Assembly (NCBI GenBank): GCA_964016885.1
Contig: OZ024740.1
Span: 100,564,001-100,628,000 of the forward strand
Reading direction: 5' to 3'
Origin: Eledone cirrhosa
Lineage: Eukaryota
DNA length: 64,000 nt
Every line of letters begins with the position of its first letter. Position 1 is the stretch's first letter. Both the position numbers and the translations under genes were made by a program. Below are positions 12,552 to 25,079 of the stretch, in pieces. The notes under the pieces are model-generated. The model was not told the DNA's origin and ran no database searches. It was given only the letters and a program-made list of their open reading frames with translations.

Positions 12552-12735
12552 TTGGCAGTATCGGTAGAGGGTTGGATGCCATGCTTTGATGCATAGAGTT
12601 ACGGCCCTTGCCATTCTGAGTTCAAATCCCGCCGAGGTTAACTTTGCCTTTCATCCTTACGGGGTCGATAAAATAAAGTACCAGTAATGCACTGGGTAAT
12701 TGCTGGCCTTGTGCCAAAAGTAGAAACAATTATTA
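12552..12735 (+). mobile_element. S1 tRNA-SINE
   Basis: Near-identical to 19414-19603. Confidence 0.9.
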
Positions 12736-12763
12736 ATATTCGAAAACTCAGATTACATTTATC

Positions 12764-12800
<37 letters not shown>

Positions 12801-12934
12801 TATATACACATAGAAGCCAGAATCAGTTCCTGTCCCACCCTTGCAAGCAGGGAAAAGCAGACGTAAAATGATGATGATGATGATGATGATGATATATATA
12901 TATATTTATATAAATATATATATATATATATACA

Positions 12935-12965
<31 letters not shown>

Positions 12966-13317
12966 ATACATACATATATATATATACATACATATATATA
13001 TATATACATACATATGATGGCTGCCCCCTCGTATTCGAGTATGGCATTGCCTGATATACCATTATTAATAATTATTAATTAAATCTGTCGTGAAATGCCT
13101 GTGTGTGAAGATATTTTTTAAAGTGAAGAAAGACTGTGCATTGAGCCAATCCCACTCTCTGAGCGACAGTAGCTATAACTTGAAAAGAAGAAAAGATCAA
13201 CATCATCGGTAACTACTGAACCGCAGGTTTTATATCGGAGTTATCCCAGTTTCCTGAGTTGCCTTCTCCTAGAAGAATGCCCTGACAAAGACTGGGGTTC
13301 TTCACTCCCATACATAC

Positions 13318-13511
13318 ATAATTGTTTCTACTTTTGGCACAAGGCCAGCAGTTATCCTAGTGTATTACTGGTACTTTATTTTATCGACCCCGTAAGGATG
13401 AAAGGCAAAGTTAACCTCGGTGGGGTTTGAACTCCGATCATAAAGGGCCATAACACTTTGCTGCAAAGCATGGCGTCCGACCCTCTACTGATACTGCCAA
13501 TTCACGGCCCT
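13318..13511 (-). mobile_element. S1 tRNA-SINE
   Basis: Full length; TSD TACATACATAAT. Confidence 0.9.
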
Positions 13512-13529
13512 TACATACATAATAAAATG

Positions 13530-13990
13530 AAACAAGGACGAGTGGTTACTCCTTCATAGCGTTTATTGGTTGGTGATGCGCATTTCATCACCGATCAGCT
13601 CTAGGTTCGATCTGTATCAATCTAACCCGACTCTGTAATCAACAGCTCATCGGACACTTTTTGGTGGTAATGATAGAATGAGTATAGATGGTGTATGAGA
13701 AAGTCTAATGTTCATGTGCTGGTCAGTGAAATTTGTTTTGATTGGTGGGTTAATTCTAAAGAATGTTTTTACCTTCAGTGTAGATGGGCGGTGAGTGTTG
13801 TGATTAGTTGGTGGTGCGGTACAAAGTGGGTGGCGGAGTATGGAGTTTTGACTGTAACTAAACAGTTTGGCATGTACGTTGGGGTTGATTTTCTCTGTGG
13901 GTGCGGTGTTGGGTGTGGTAGGGGATTGTTAAGTGGACTCATATTATAAGGTGTTAATGGTCAAAGTGTATATAAAGTCATATACATATG
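13530..13990 (-). mobile_element. PLE 3' remnant with decayed HHR (13570-13660)
   Basis: Minus strand CCGATGA...GAAATGCGCATC; upstream sequence resembles a GIY-YIG C-terminal end. Confidence 0.5.
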
Positions 13991-14083
13991 GAACAATATA
14001 TATATATATACATACTCTTACATACATATATATATATATATACATACACTTACATATATATATATATATATACATATATATAT

Positions 14084-14432
14084 GGAGGCACATGGCTTAG
14101 TGGTTAGAGTATTGACCTTGCAATTGAAAGGTTATAAGTTCAATTCTCAGACCAGGTGATGTGTTGTTTCCTTGAGCAAGACACTTTATTTCACATTGCT
14201 CCAGTTTACTCAGCTGTAAAAATGAGATGATAGGACTGGGGTCCCTATCATTCTACTGCAAAGTGGTCGTGGAGGTGCCACGGCAAAAAAGGACCCAGCA
14301 CTCACTGTAAATGAGATTGGTGTTAGGAAGGGCATCCAGCTGTAGAAATCAAGCCATAATCAGTTCCCGTCCCCCCCCTTGCAAGCAGGGAAAAAGCGGA
14401 CGTAAAATGAAATGATGATGAAAAAATGATGA

Positions 14433-14435
<3 letters not shown>
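14084..14435 (+). mobile_element. S2 CORE-type SINE, full length
   Basis: tRNA head with A and B boxes, CORE-like block, GGTGTTAGGAAGGGCATCCAGC module, RTE-B 3' tail, (ATG)n; flanked by (TA)n. Confidence 0.9.
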
Positions 14436-14492
<57 letters not shown>

Positions 14493-14705
14493 ACTCTACT
14501 ACCCTAAGTATTGAGTACTTTGGTGCGTTATGGTCCACCTGGTTCCTTACCACATTTCCTTCGTTATATATATATATATAACCCATACTTATTACTAATT
14601 TTTATTTATTTCTAATTAAACTATTTTTCACTGGGAACAATTTGTCAGCATTTTCTTTTCCTTTTACCAATATATCATAACTCGTGTGTTACACCTCTAG
14701 TTTTT

Positions 14706-14761
<56 letters not shown>

Positions 14762-14762
<1 letters not shown>

Positions 14763-16207
14763 ACATCATCATCGTTTAACGTCCATCTTCCATGCTATCA
14801 TGGGTTGGACGGTTTTGTTCAACTTGAGACAAGATTGGTCGGATGACCGTGTCTCGCTCATACAGAACTGTCCTTGGCAGTGTTACTATGGCTGGATGTC
14901 CTCTCTAACACCAACCATATTTACAGTGTGGACTGGGAGCCTTTTTGCCGTGTCTCCTACACGACCACTTTACAGTGTTGACAGCGTGCTTTTTGTCGTG
15001 TCACCGTCACAAACACTTTACAATGGACGGAGAAGGGTGTGTGGGGTAGAGTGTATATTGGGTTAAGAGGGGCCTACTGACTGTAGGTTTAAGTTTGTAT
15101 GCAAGGGAAGGCAGATCGTCTGTACAACTGCATAGCGCTAAAAATCTCGTTCCAGTGACATTGTCTTAGAGAGGTGTAAGTTAACAAGATCAGTTTTTAT
15201 CACCTCGTCCCAGATTTTTCTTGGTCAACCCACTCCTTAGCTTCCAGCAATTTTGATCACTCTGCACTTTTTTTATACAGCTGTTGTCCTTTATACACAT
15301 CACATGTCCATACCAACGCAATCTCCTTTCCAGAACACAGCATTTGATACATCTTATGCTTAATCTCCCTCTCAATTCGTTTATACTTTGCTGTTCGGGT
15401 ACATCATTATTATTACACATCCATCAGAGCATGCAAACTTCATTTTTTTCTAATCTATGTAAGTCTTCTGCACACAACGCCCACGTCTTGCTGCCGTGAG
15501 GATATTGCCTTTCGTATACATGCATCATACAATCTGCCTTTCATATTTAGAGAAAAACCCTTTGTGCCAACGGTGGTATTAGCTCTCTGAACTTTGTCCA
15601 TCCTGTTCTAACTATGGATACTGTAATTTCAGAACACCCTCCTCCACTGCTGATTTTATTACCCAGGTGTCTACTATTTCTATAGAACCATCTGGGCAAT
15701 TGATGGAGATAGCATGCAGTGGGCCCTTGCTACTTACTGCACCTGAACATCGGCCATATATAAAATCAACAATCTTAGAAAGCTTACCTGTGTTCCCACT
15801 AAATCTTTCATGTACCCATAGTTTGCATTTGGGGCATAGAATGGAATTTCGACCTACTCCCTTCTTACACTCTGAGCATGGCCATTTCCCAGAGGGCACC
15901 TGTGCTCTATTCTCCTTTCGACATACTAGAACTTTAGTCTTAGACAAGTTAATTTTAAGGCCTTTTGATTCTAGGCCATGCTTCCATGTTTGGAACTTCT
16001 CTAGTTCAGCCATAGATTTGGCTATGAGAGTCAGATCATCTGCATATAGAAGTTCCCATGGGCAACCAGTCTTAACCTCTTCTGTTATAGCATGTAAGAC
16101 AATAATTAACAGGAGGGGGGATAAGGACGGAGCCTTGTTGAACATCTGCTATTACGCTAAATCCTTCACTATATTCATTGTTAATTCTAACCTTGCTGAC
16201 TGTTCCA
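14762..16207 (-). mobile_element. RTE LINE, subfamily C-like, truncated and frameshifted
   Basis: ORF 15612-16145 with LLYADD and PHD finger; RRLRWYGHV; (GAT)n tail. Confidence 0.93.
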
Positions 16208-16329
16208 GTGGTTTCTTGAAGACAGATATATATATCTATCTTCAGTCGTCGGAACGAATAAAATGGTGTCACCATTTTATTCATTCTGACGACTGAAGAC
16301 CGATATAAATATATCTTCAAGAAACCACT
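16207..16329. repeat. Palindrome of two back-to-back HHR-like units
   Basis: Near-perfect inverted repeat centred at 16269; each arm reads CYGACGA-CTGAAGA...TCTTCAA-GAAACCAC. Confidence 0.75.
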
Positions 16330-16374
16330 TCAAGAAACTCTCTTTTCCTTTACCTTTCCTACGGAAATACTTCA

Positions 16375-16563
<189 letters not shown>

Positions 16564-16885
16564 GATGGGTGCAAACTATGCTAAGAGTATTGCAATCGCT
16601 TGTCAGATTACAGAAAATGGTGCACTTTTAGGCTACGGCCATCCACACAAACCTGTAAAATATACTGAACAAGCAATGCATGTGCTTTGAAGATTTTTTA
16701 AGTGGAGAAAGGCATTGCACTCGACCAACCCCACTCTCTGAGCATCGAAAACACTATCCGAATAGGAGAACTGGTCAACATCATACATATGTGTGTGTAT
16801 GTAAAAGGTAAACAGAAATAACAACACAATCGGTACAGTATATGGAAGAGATATATTAGGTTAACGCTTGATATAGCAGGAAGAG

Positions 16886-16927
16886 TGTCTTAACGTTTCA
16901 GACGCTAGTCCTTCATCAGAAGAAAGA
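16886..16927 (-). ncRNA. Minimal HHR motif, PLE type
   Basis: Minus strand CTGATGA-AGGACTAGCGTCT-GAAACGTTA; palindromic stem III as in dimeric PLE HHRs. Confidence 0.65.
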
Positions 16928-17039
16928 ATGAGAAATAAGATAGATTGAGGGGACGGGCGGGATGGAATTGGAAAAAATGTCTTTAGATAAAAACGACAGG
17001 TCCATTCATGTTGACATCTCTTGCATATACATACATCTA

Positions 17040-17460
17040 TCTAAACTATAATAATATAGTAAAATAAGTTGGATTACTTTCAATAAATAATTGTTTCTAC
17101 TTTAGGCACAAGACCAGCATTTACCCAGTGCATTACTGGTACTTTATTTTATCGACCCCGTAAGGATGAAAGGCAAAGTCAACCTCGACGGGATTTGAAC
17201 TCAGATCGTAAAGGGACGTAACTATGCTAGTAAACATGGCGTCTGACCCTCTACCGATACTGCCAATCCACTGCTTCAATAAATAATGAATGAATATTAC
17301 ATAATTTATCTACTAAATTTCGTGGCTGTTCATTAAATATATTTTATTACATATTTAAAGATTCACTTCTTGAAAACTTTCAAATGTGAATACTTCCGGT
17401 TAGCGATCGTTTAAATAAATATTCATATATGTCTGTCACTAATTTTCTCCTCATGCAGTT
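17040..17460 (+). mobile_element. Non-autonomous Helitron, 5' part, interrupted by a SINE
   Basis: Starts A|TCTAAACTATAATAA; homologous in inverse orientation to about 30125-30402. Confidence 0.7.
17087..17274 (-). mobile_element. S1 tRNA-SINE
   Basis: TSD TTCAATAAATAAT at 17079-17091 and 17275-17287. Confidence 0.92.
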
Positions 17461-17461
17461 T

Positions 17462-17950
17462 CATCATCATCATCATCACCGTTTTGCGTCCGTTCTTCCA
17501 CGCTAGCATGGGTTAGACGGGTTGTGGGCTGTGTCTGGTCGGCTGACCTTGTCTTGCTCATACAGGAACTGATTTTGGCTTGATTTCTACAGCTGGATGC
17601 CCTTCCTAACACCAACCTCATTTACAGTGAGTGCTGGGTGTTTTTTTTCCATGGTGCCTACACGTCCACTTTACAGTGTGGGCTGGGTGCTTTTTTACCG
17701 TGGCACCCCCATGACCACTTTGCAGTAGGAGGGTGTGGGGGAATATTGTCTATATGCTTCAGCTTCGCCTTGTACCCATGGGAGGTCGGGTACTCGGTAT
17801 TACTGCCTGACGCCAGAGGTCACAGTCATGTGTCATCGCCTTTGAGAGGTGTAATTGGGTAAGGTCAGCCTTTATCACCTCATCCCAGGTCTTCTTGGGT
17901 CTCCCCACTCCGCGGTTTCCATTGACTTCTAGTGTTCTGCACATTTTTAT
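17462..17950 (-). mobile_element. RTE subfamily A 3' end
   Basis: Matches about 22100-22580. Confidence 0.92.
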
Positions 17951-17953
17951 GAA

Positions 17954-18110
17954 TGAAAGAGCTCTAGTCTTGTAGAAGGTGTTTCTATCTTAAGTGTATG
18001 TTTCTTCTCTATTAATGTATAACACCACATACTATACTTAAACAGACCCATCAATTCGTTCAGTGCTTCAGTTGATGAACTGATGGTAACATAAGGTTAC
18101 TATACATTAA

Positions 18111-18192
<82 letters not shown>

Positions 18193-18335
18193 AGACTAGG
18201 TTTACAAAGAGGAAAAGAAGGTAATCATAGTTAAATAAGGTACACAATACATTAATAGAGAAGAAACATACACTTAAGATAGAAACACCTTCTACAAGAC
18301 TAGAGCTCTTTCACTCATTTGAAACCATCAAGATT
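17954..18335. mobile_element. PLE-like tail with a 67-bp inverted duplication and decayed HHR
   Basis: 17954-18020 is the inverse of 18247-18313; minus strand TTGATGG-TTTCAAATGAGT-GAAAGAGCTCTA; related sequence near 44945. Confidence 0.55.
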
Positions 18336-19413
18336 GAATAATTCTGATTATTTAAAATGAATGAAACAGTTCTAGTCCCATAGAAGTTATTTATATATAT
18401 ATATATGGTCCGGTAACTCCCGATAGAGTCGTAGGGCTGCCGTATTGACATAGCTTGTTTCTTGGGCATTCTTGTTAACCTGGCAGTGGCCAATTCCTCT
18501 CCTTGTCTGAATAAAGCAGATTCCTTTCAGAGAAAGTTAAAGAGTGAGAAAATGGAAGTGAGAAAGAGATATAGAGGAATATAAGGGAAAGAGATGTTAG
18601 TTAGGAAAAGAAGAAAGGGCAGCATGATTGGACTGAGGGTAAGGAGGGGGTGATATGATACCCTTAGCCCAATCATGCTGTCCTTCTATAAGCCCCCATA
18701 TTTTTCTTCCCCAAAACAACCAATCGAAACATAGAAGAACAGAATTTCTATCTATCTAGACAAATTGGGGACCATGCCTCACTCAATACATTTCATATTT
18801 AACATAGTTTCTGGGTGCATTTTATAGTGGTACTAGACCTTGAGATATTGTCATATACTTGATGTGACTGAAAAGTCCTCTCTATTTTTTTTGCATGGTT
18901 TCTATGGCAGAAAACACCTCCTTAAGCTAATGATTTTATAGAATATACACACACACAGATATAAGTATATATATATACTAAACAGTAAGTCAAGGATTGT
19001 TATTTTTAAATCATTTATCTCATTTAAACATTTTTCACTTATGCAACAAGGAATCAACGACAGTTCATTACTGAAGAACTATTTCATGAGAGTCAATTAA
19101 ATTAAATAATATATCTTACATGTGTGAATATACTCATACTTGTGAGAAGTAGGTAGATATTACTAGGATTTGGATAGAAATAATGGTGTCTGCCTATTTC
19201 CTCACTAGTATAATTACACATGTAAGTTATATTATTTTATTTTATTTGAATCTGATGAGTTAGTCCTTCAGGAATGAACTGTCTTTCATTCCTTGTTGGA
19301 TTAGTGAAACATATGTAAGTAAAGTAAATTATCCAATAATAATAACACTTGACTTATAGAATATTTATACATATACACTCTGAAATTATAACACTACCAT
19401 TATTGTAATTTAA

Positions 19414-19603
19414 GGGCGGTGGATTGGCAGTATCGGTAGAGGGTCGGACGCCATGCTTTCCAGCATAGTTACGTCCCTTTACGATCTGAGTTCAAATCCC
19501 GCCGAGGTTGACTTTGCCTTTCATCCTTACGGGGTCGATAAAATAAAGTACCAGTAATGCACTGGGTAATTGCTGGCCTTGTGCCTAAAGTAGAAACAAT
19601 TAT
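19414..19603 (+). mobile_element. S1 tRNA-SINE, full length
   Basis: A-box TGGCAGTATCGG, B-box GAGTTCAAATC, central GCCTTTCATCCTTACGGGGTCGATAAAAT, 14-bp TSD ATTATTGTAATTTA. Confidence 0.93.
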
Positions 19604-19806
19604 TGTAATTTACCCATCAGATTAAACTTTTGCCTGTATATGTTGTGGACTGTAAAATTGCATTGAGATTTAAATATGATTGCCCATATTGTATTTATTA
19701 ACTTATTTGAACTCATATATATATATACATGTGTGCACATGCACATGCTAACGATTGAATTTTGGAAGCAGCATGATAAAATATAAGTGAAATTAAATAA
19801 TTACAA

Positions 19807-22580
19807 GTGCATACAAACTTCAAAAAACCCGACAACCACCTGATCACCTATAGATCAGGGGAGCATTCTAGTCAGATAGATTTTATCCTCATCAGAGGAC
19901 GTGACAGATGGACGGTCGTAAACACAAAAGCCTTCCCTAGTGAGGAATGTACCTCCCAACATAATTTAGTTGTCAGCGACCTTACGGTCAGAACTAGACG
20001 AACCTGGAAACAGAAGGCAATTTGGAGAAGAAAGATCTGGAAGCTGAAAGACCCCTCAGTCAGTAACAGATTTAAAGATATTTTACTCAACGCCTACGAC
20101 AGTAGAGAAGAACAGATAGAGACATTCAATGTAGAAGAGCACTGGGAGTTCCTAAAAAATAACTTACTAGAGGCGACGGATGAGGTCTGTGGCTGGAGTA
20201 AGACCACAAGCAGGAGGAGAGTGACTTGGTGGTGGAACAATAAGGTAGATGAGGCAGTTAAAGCCAAGAGACAGGCATGGAAAGAATGGAAGAACGGGGG
20301 GAGCAGGGTACATTACATAGAGACCAAGAGGGAAGCTAGGCGACAAGTATACTTAGCTAGGAGGGAAGCAGAGGATAGAAAATTCAAGCATGTTTTGCAA
20401 CGAGAGGACCAGAAACGGGAGGTGTTCAAGATTGTGAGGCAGTGTGTCAGAGAGAATTGTGATGTCATTGGAGAGAAGTGTATCCGGAATGATAAAGGTG
20501 AGCTTGCCCTCACAAGTGCTGAGAAGAAAGATGCATGGAAGAGTCATTATGATAGATTACTAAATGAGGAGAATGCATAGGAAGAAGAGACTCTACCCCA
20601 AGTAGACCCTATAGAGGGATCAGCAGCAGCGTAGTAAGTAAGGCAATCAAAGATATGAAGATGGGGAAGGCAACTGGTCCATCGGGTATAGCTGCCGAGA
20701 TGCTGAAGGCATCTGGGTCTGTAGGTCACACTATAACCACATGTATTGTTAACCAGGTAATACTAGAAGGTGTCATACCAAAAGATTGGTGCAGTAGCAT
20801 CATTGTCAACTGCTACAAAGGTAAAGGTGATGCACTCGATAGAGGAAACTATAGAGGTATGAAGCTGATGGACCAGGTCATGAAAGTAACAGAAAGAGTT
20901 ATAGCACAGTTGATTAGGGACCAGGTGAAACTAGATGAGATGCAATTTGGGTTTGTACCAGGAAGAGGCACCACTGATGCCCTCTTCCTTGTGAGGCAGT
21001 TACAGGAAAAGTACCTAGCTAAAAGTAAGCCACTCTACCTGGCATTCGTCGATCACGAGAAAGCCTTTGACAGAGTTCCATGTGCTGTAATCTGGTGGGC
21101 TCTTAGAAAACTAGGAGTAGATGAATGGCTTGTGAAAGCTGTACAAGCCATGTATAGGGGAGCAGTCAGCAAAGTTAGGATCATCAATGAGTATAGCGAG
21201 GAATTTAGCGTACAGGTTGGTGTACACCAGGGCTCTGTTCTTAGCCCTCTCCTGTTCATCATAGTCCTGCAGGCAATAACGGAGGAGTTTAAGACCGCAT
21301 GCCCATGGGAACTCATGCATGCTGATGACCTCGCACTTATAGCTGAATGTATGGTAGAACTAGAGAAGAAATTCCAAACTTGGAATCAGGGACTAGAAAG
21401 AAAGGGTCTCAAAGTCAACATGACAAAGACTAAGGTCCTTGTAAGTAGACGAGAAAACAGAACCCAGATCCCCTCAAGGAAATGGCCTTGCTCAGTATGA
21501 AGGAAAGGTGTAGGTAGGAACTCCATTCTCTGCCCTAAAAGCAAACAATGGGTACACAAGAGATGTAGCGGGATCTCAGGAAGCTTAATTAAGAATGTAG
21601 GCTTCACATGCAGCAGCTGTACTGGGACAGCAAGCAGCAAACAGCCACAGGAAACAAGTACCACCAATCTCTGGGAGGGCTCTGTAGAGACAGTAGACAG
21701 CTTCTGCTACCTAGGTGACCGAATTAGCAGCGGAGGTGGGTGTTCAGAAAATACAATACCTAGGTAAGAACGGGATGGAAGAAGTTCAGGGAACTACTGC
21801 CACTGCTAGCTGCAAAAGGCTTCTCCCTCAAAATAAAAGGCAGACTGTATGATGCGTGTATCTGAACAGCAATGTTACGTGGTAGTGAGCCCTGGGCATT
21901 GAAGGTGGAAGACTTACATAGATTATAGAGAAACGAAGCCTGCATGCTCCGATGGATGTGTAATAGTAATATATGCGACCGACAAAGCATAAATGAATTG
22001 AGAGTGAGACTGAGCATGAGAGGAATCAAATACTGTGTGCAGGAGAGGCGGTTGCATTGGTATGGACATGTGATGCGTATGAAGGATGACAGCTGCATAA
22101 AAATGTGCAGAGCACTAGAAGTCGATGGAAACCGCCGAGTGGGGAGACCCAAGATGACCTGGGATGAGGTGATAAAAGCCGACCTTACCCAATTACACCT
22201 CTCAAAGGCGATGACACACGACCGTGACCTCTGGCATCACGCAGTAATACAGAGTACCGACGTCCAATGGGTACAAGCTGAAGCATATAGACAATATTCC
22301 CCCACACCCTCCCACTGCAAGGTGGTCATGGAGGTGCCACGGTAAAAAAGCACCCAGCCCACACTGTAAAGTGGACGTGTAGGCGCCACGAAAAAGCACC
22401 CAGCACTCACTGTAAATGAGGTTGGTGTTAGGAAGGGCATCCAGCTGTAGAAATCAAGCCAAATCAGTTCCTGAATGAGTAAGGCATGGTCAGCCGACCA
22501 AACACTGCCCACAACAGGACAACCCGTCCAAGCCACGCTAGCGTGGAAGAACGGACGTAAAACAGTGAAGATGATGATGA
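19807..22580 (+). mobile_element. RTE LINE subfamily A, 5'-truncated (end of APE, RT, PHD, 3' UTR)
   Basis: ORFs 19807-20580 (SQIDFIL, SQHNLV), 20655-21500 (QFGFVPGRGTTD, MHADD) and 21944-22345; stops and frameshifts. Confidence 0.96.
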
Positions 22581-23017
22581 TATGTATCTGTGAAGTATGA
22601 ATAGTCAGCATTTCATAGATATTTGATTGGTTGTTGAAAAAAATGCTTAAAAATGCTTCATGCATTCATCTATTCAAATTCTGAAGAATGACTCTTGGTA
22701 AACCATTTTTGGCAGTTTTTTTTTCTCTTTGACAAATTACAGAATTGTAGCTTTATTTTATTTTCGATATTAAAATAGACATATGAATTTATTTTTATAC
22801 TAATTTAACCTCACTGTCAAAAAATAAAAACTGGAGAAATCCACTGCAAATGAACAGAAAGCTTTTATTATTAAAAAAAGAAACATTTTGTTTATTTTGT
22901 ATTTTCACATAGGATTGATTTCAATATCTTCAACTTAATTGAGTTGAAAAATGAATGGTGAAAATGGGTTTTTATAGGGTATATTATTTTATTTTTCTTT
23001 ATATTAAAAAGCTTTAC

Positions 23018-23071
23018 CTGTTGGCTTTCAGTGAAATATGTGCTTCAATTAGGTGCGAGATATCTCTGTAG
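23018..23071 (-). CDS. Candidate 54-nt internal exon of an unidentified host gene
   Basis: Acceptor TATTATTTTAG, donor CAG|GTAAAG, only one open frame (phase 2) YRDISHLIEAHISLKAN. Confidence 0.33.
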
Positions 23072-23784
23072 CTAAAATAATAGTGGCTTCCCCTATTGTA
23101 TATTTTTACAATATTTTTATTAAAATTGACTAACACCTAAATTATAAAAGACAAAACGTTTAAAATTAAATATAGTGTACCAGCAGCATGTTAATATGGC
23201 ATTCCATTTGCAACAACAAATGTTTTAAGCCCATCTTTTGTGCTAAAGCAGGCATTAATCAGTTTTCCCCATTGTCTGCATCTCCGTCACCAAATCCTTG
23301 GCTTTTGTTTCCTTCTCTATCACCCTCTGTTTTACTTTCTCCTTTCTCTTTGTCCTTCCACATTTCTTTCAACATGCCTATCACTCAATCACTTTCATCC
23401 TTCCTCAGCACATGACCCAGTCATTTTATCCCATTTCTCTTTACAACATTCATTACTGATATTATTCCCCTAATCCACTACAATTGATTCTTTGCCTTCC
23501 TTCTTCTCAGCAATACACCTGTTTTTTTTCTTCTCAGCAATCCCCTGTTTTTTTTCCAAACTTCACTACTGCTCATCATTCACCACTCATTTATTGCTCT
23601 AACAAATTATGGCATTTCTCACACTTGTACTATACATCTTTCCCTTCAGTTCCAGAGACACTTACCTTTGTTGCAGAGTCTCCAATGTAACAAAACCTTT
23701 CCAGAGCCTCTACGTTCATACAATGCCCAAGATCTAGCTCAATATCCTCCCCTTCTGCACCTCTCTGCATACACACTTTACACA

Positions 23785-23852
23785 TAATTGTTTCTACTTT
23801 AGGCACAAGGCCAGCAATTACCCAGTGCATTACTGGTACTTTATTGTATCGG
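23785..23852 (-). mobile_element. S1 SINE 3' fragment
   Basis: S1 tail; about 19-bp TSD TACACACTTTACAYATAAT. Confidence 0.8.
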
Positions 23853-24079
23853 TACACACTTTACATATAATGTAACTTCTACATGATTTAATAATCCCTT
23901 CAAAGTCATCTGTATCCATTAATTCATATGATATTCCATCTATAGATCACAAAATTTGACTAAAAACAAATTGCAGTAAATGGAATATACAAGACTAAAA
24001 ACCAGTTGCAGTAAATGGAATGTACAGGAAAAAGATATGTTATGTCAGACAAAATGGCCACTACATTTACTCCCCATGT

Positions 24080-24980
24080 CTTAAAACTTTTGTTGTCAAC
24101 AGTTATAATAGCTCTCTGAACCTTTTTCATCCTGTTCTTATTTTAACTCACTATGCCCTCAAAGCAACCTCCTCCACTGGATCACTTAGGTAGCAGAATC
24201 TATAAAGTACTTTTATGGATCCTTCCTGTGATTGGAAAGCATTATTACACTGATGCGCTTTCTACCAACTTTCCCTTGTGCATCTATATATGTTGTTGGT
24301 CTATATATGTTGTTGGTCTATCTGCTATCTCACTACATGTCTTGTGAACTCATGATTTACATTGTGTACATCGTATACGTGCTCTTTTTCTGCATATTGA
24401 GCAAGGCCACTTCCCTGTAGAGATAAGGGTCCTGGCTTCTTTCCTACTTACCAAAACTTTAATTTCTTCGCAAGTTTTCCCTAAGCCTTTTTGGTTCTAA
24501 TTTCAATTTCTGAGGCCCTCCTTCTATGCCTAGTTTCCTTAGAGATCACAGTATGACAGATTGAGCTACTCTGCCAAATGTCTTCTTTAGGTCCATGAAA
24601 GTTAGATATAGTGGCTTACACATAGATAGGAACTATTGTTGGAGTTGTCTTACTAAGAAGAGAGCATCTGTGGTGCTTCTCTCTGGCATAAAACCAAAAC
24701 TACATCTCATCTAATTCAACCCTTTCTCTAATTACCTGTGCTAAATCTTTTTCTGTTATGTTCATAACTTAGTCCACCAGTTCATGTCTGTAGTTGCTCC
24801 TTTATAGCACATCACATTTTTCCTTGTAACAATTAATTAGAATGATACTACACCAGTCATTGTGTGTGATCCCATAATGTGTACTTGGTTGATTATGCAG
24901 GTGACAAACTCCTACATTCCCAGAAGATTTCAACATCTCAGGGACTATCTCTGATGGACCAATGGCTTTACCATTTTATT
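24080..24980 (-). mobile_element. Old decayed RTE fragment
   Basis: Remnants of the GPSG, MDQVM, FGF and DLEKAFD coding blocks on the minus strand. Confidence 0.75.
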
Positions 24981-25079
24981 CCCTTGTGAAATGTATTCAG
25001 ATAAGCCTGAAGCTATGGGGAGATCTTAAGGTATGCTTGAATTTCAACTCTAGTTTTTATGACTTCAATTCTTAATTTG

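Noticed and set aside
14084-14160. tRNA gene
   Set aside because: SINE head with A and B boxes, no convincing cloverleaf, continues into CORE and tail
22310-22430. Roughly 46-bp repeats that look like a CRISPR array
   Set aside because: Degenerate tandem units of the LINE 3' UTR; no unique spacers, no cas genes, eukaryotic context
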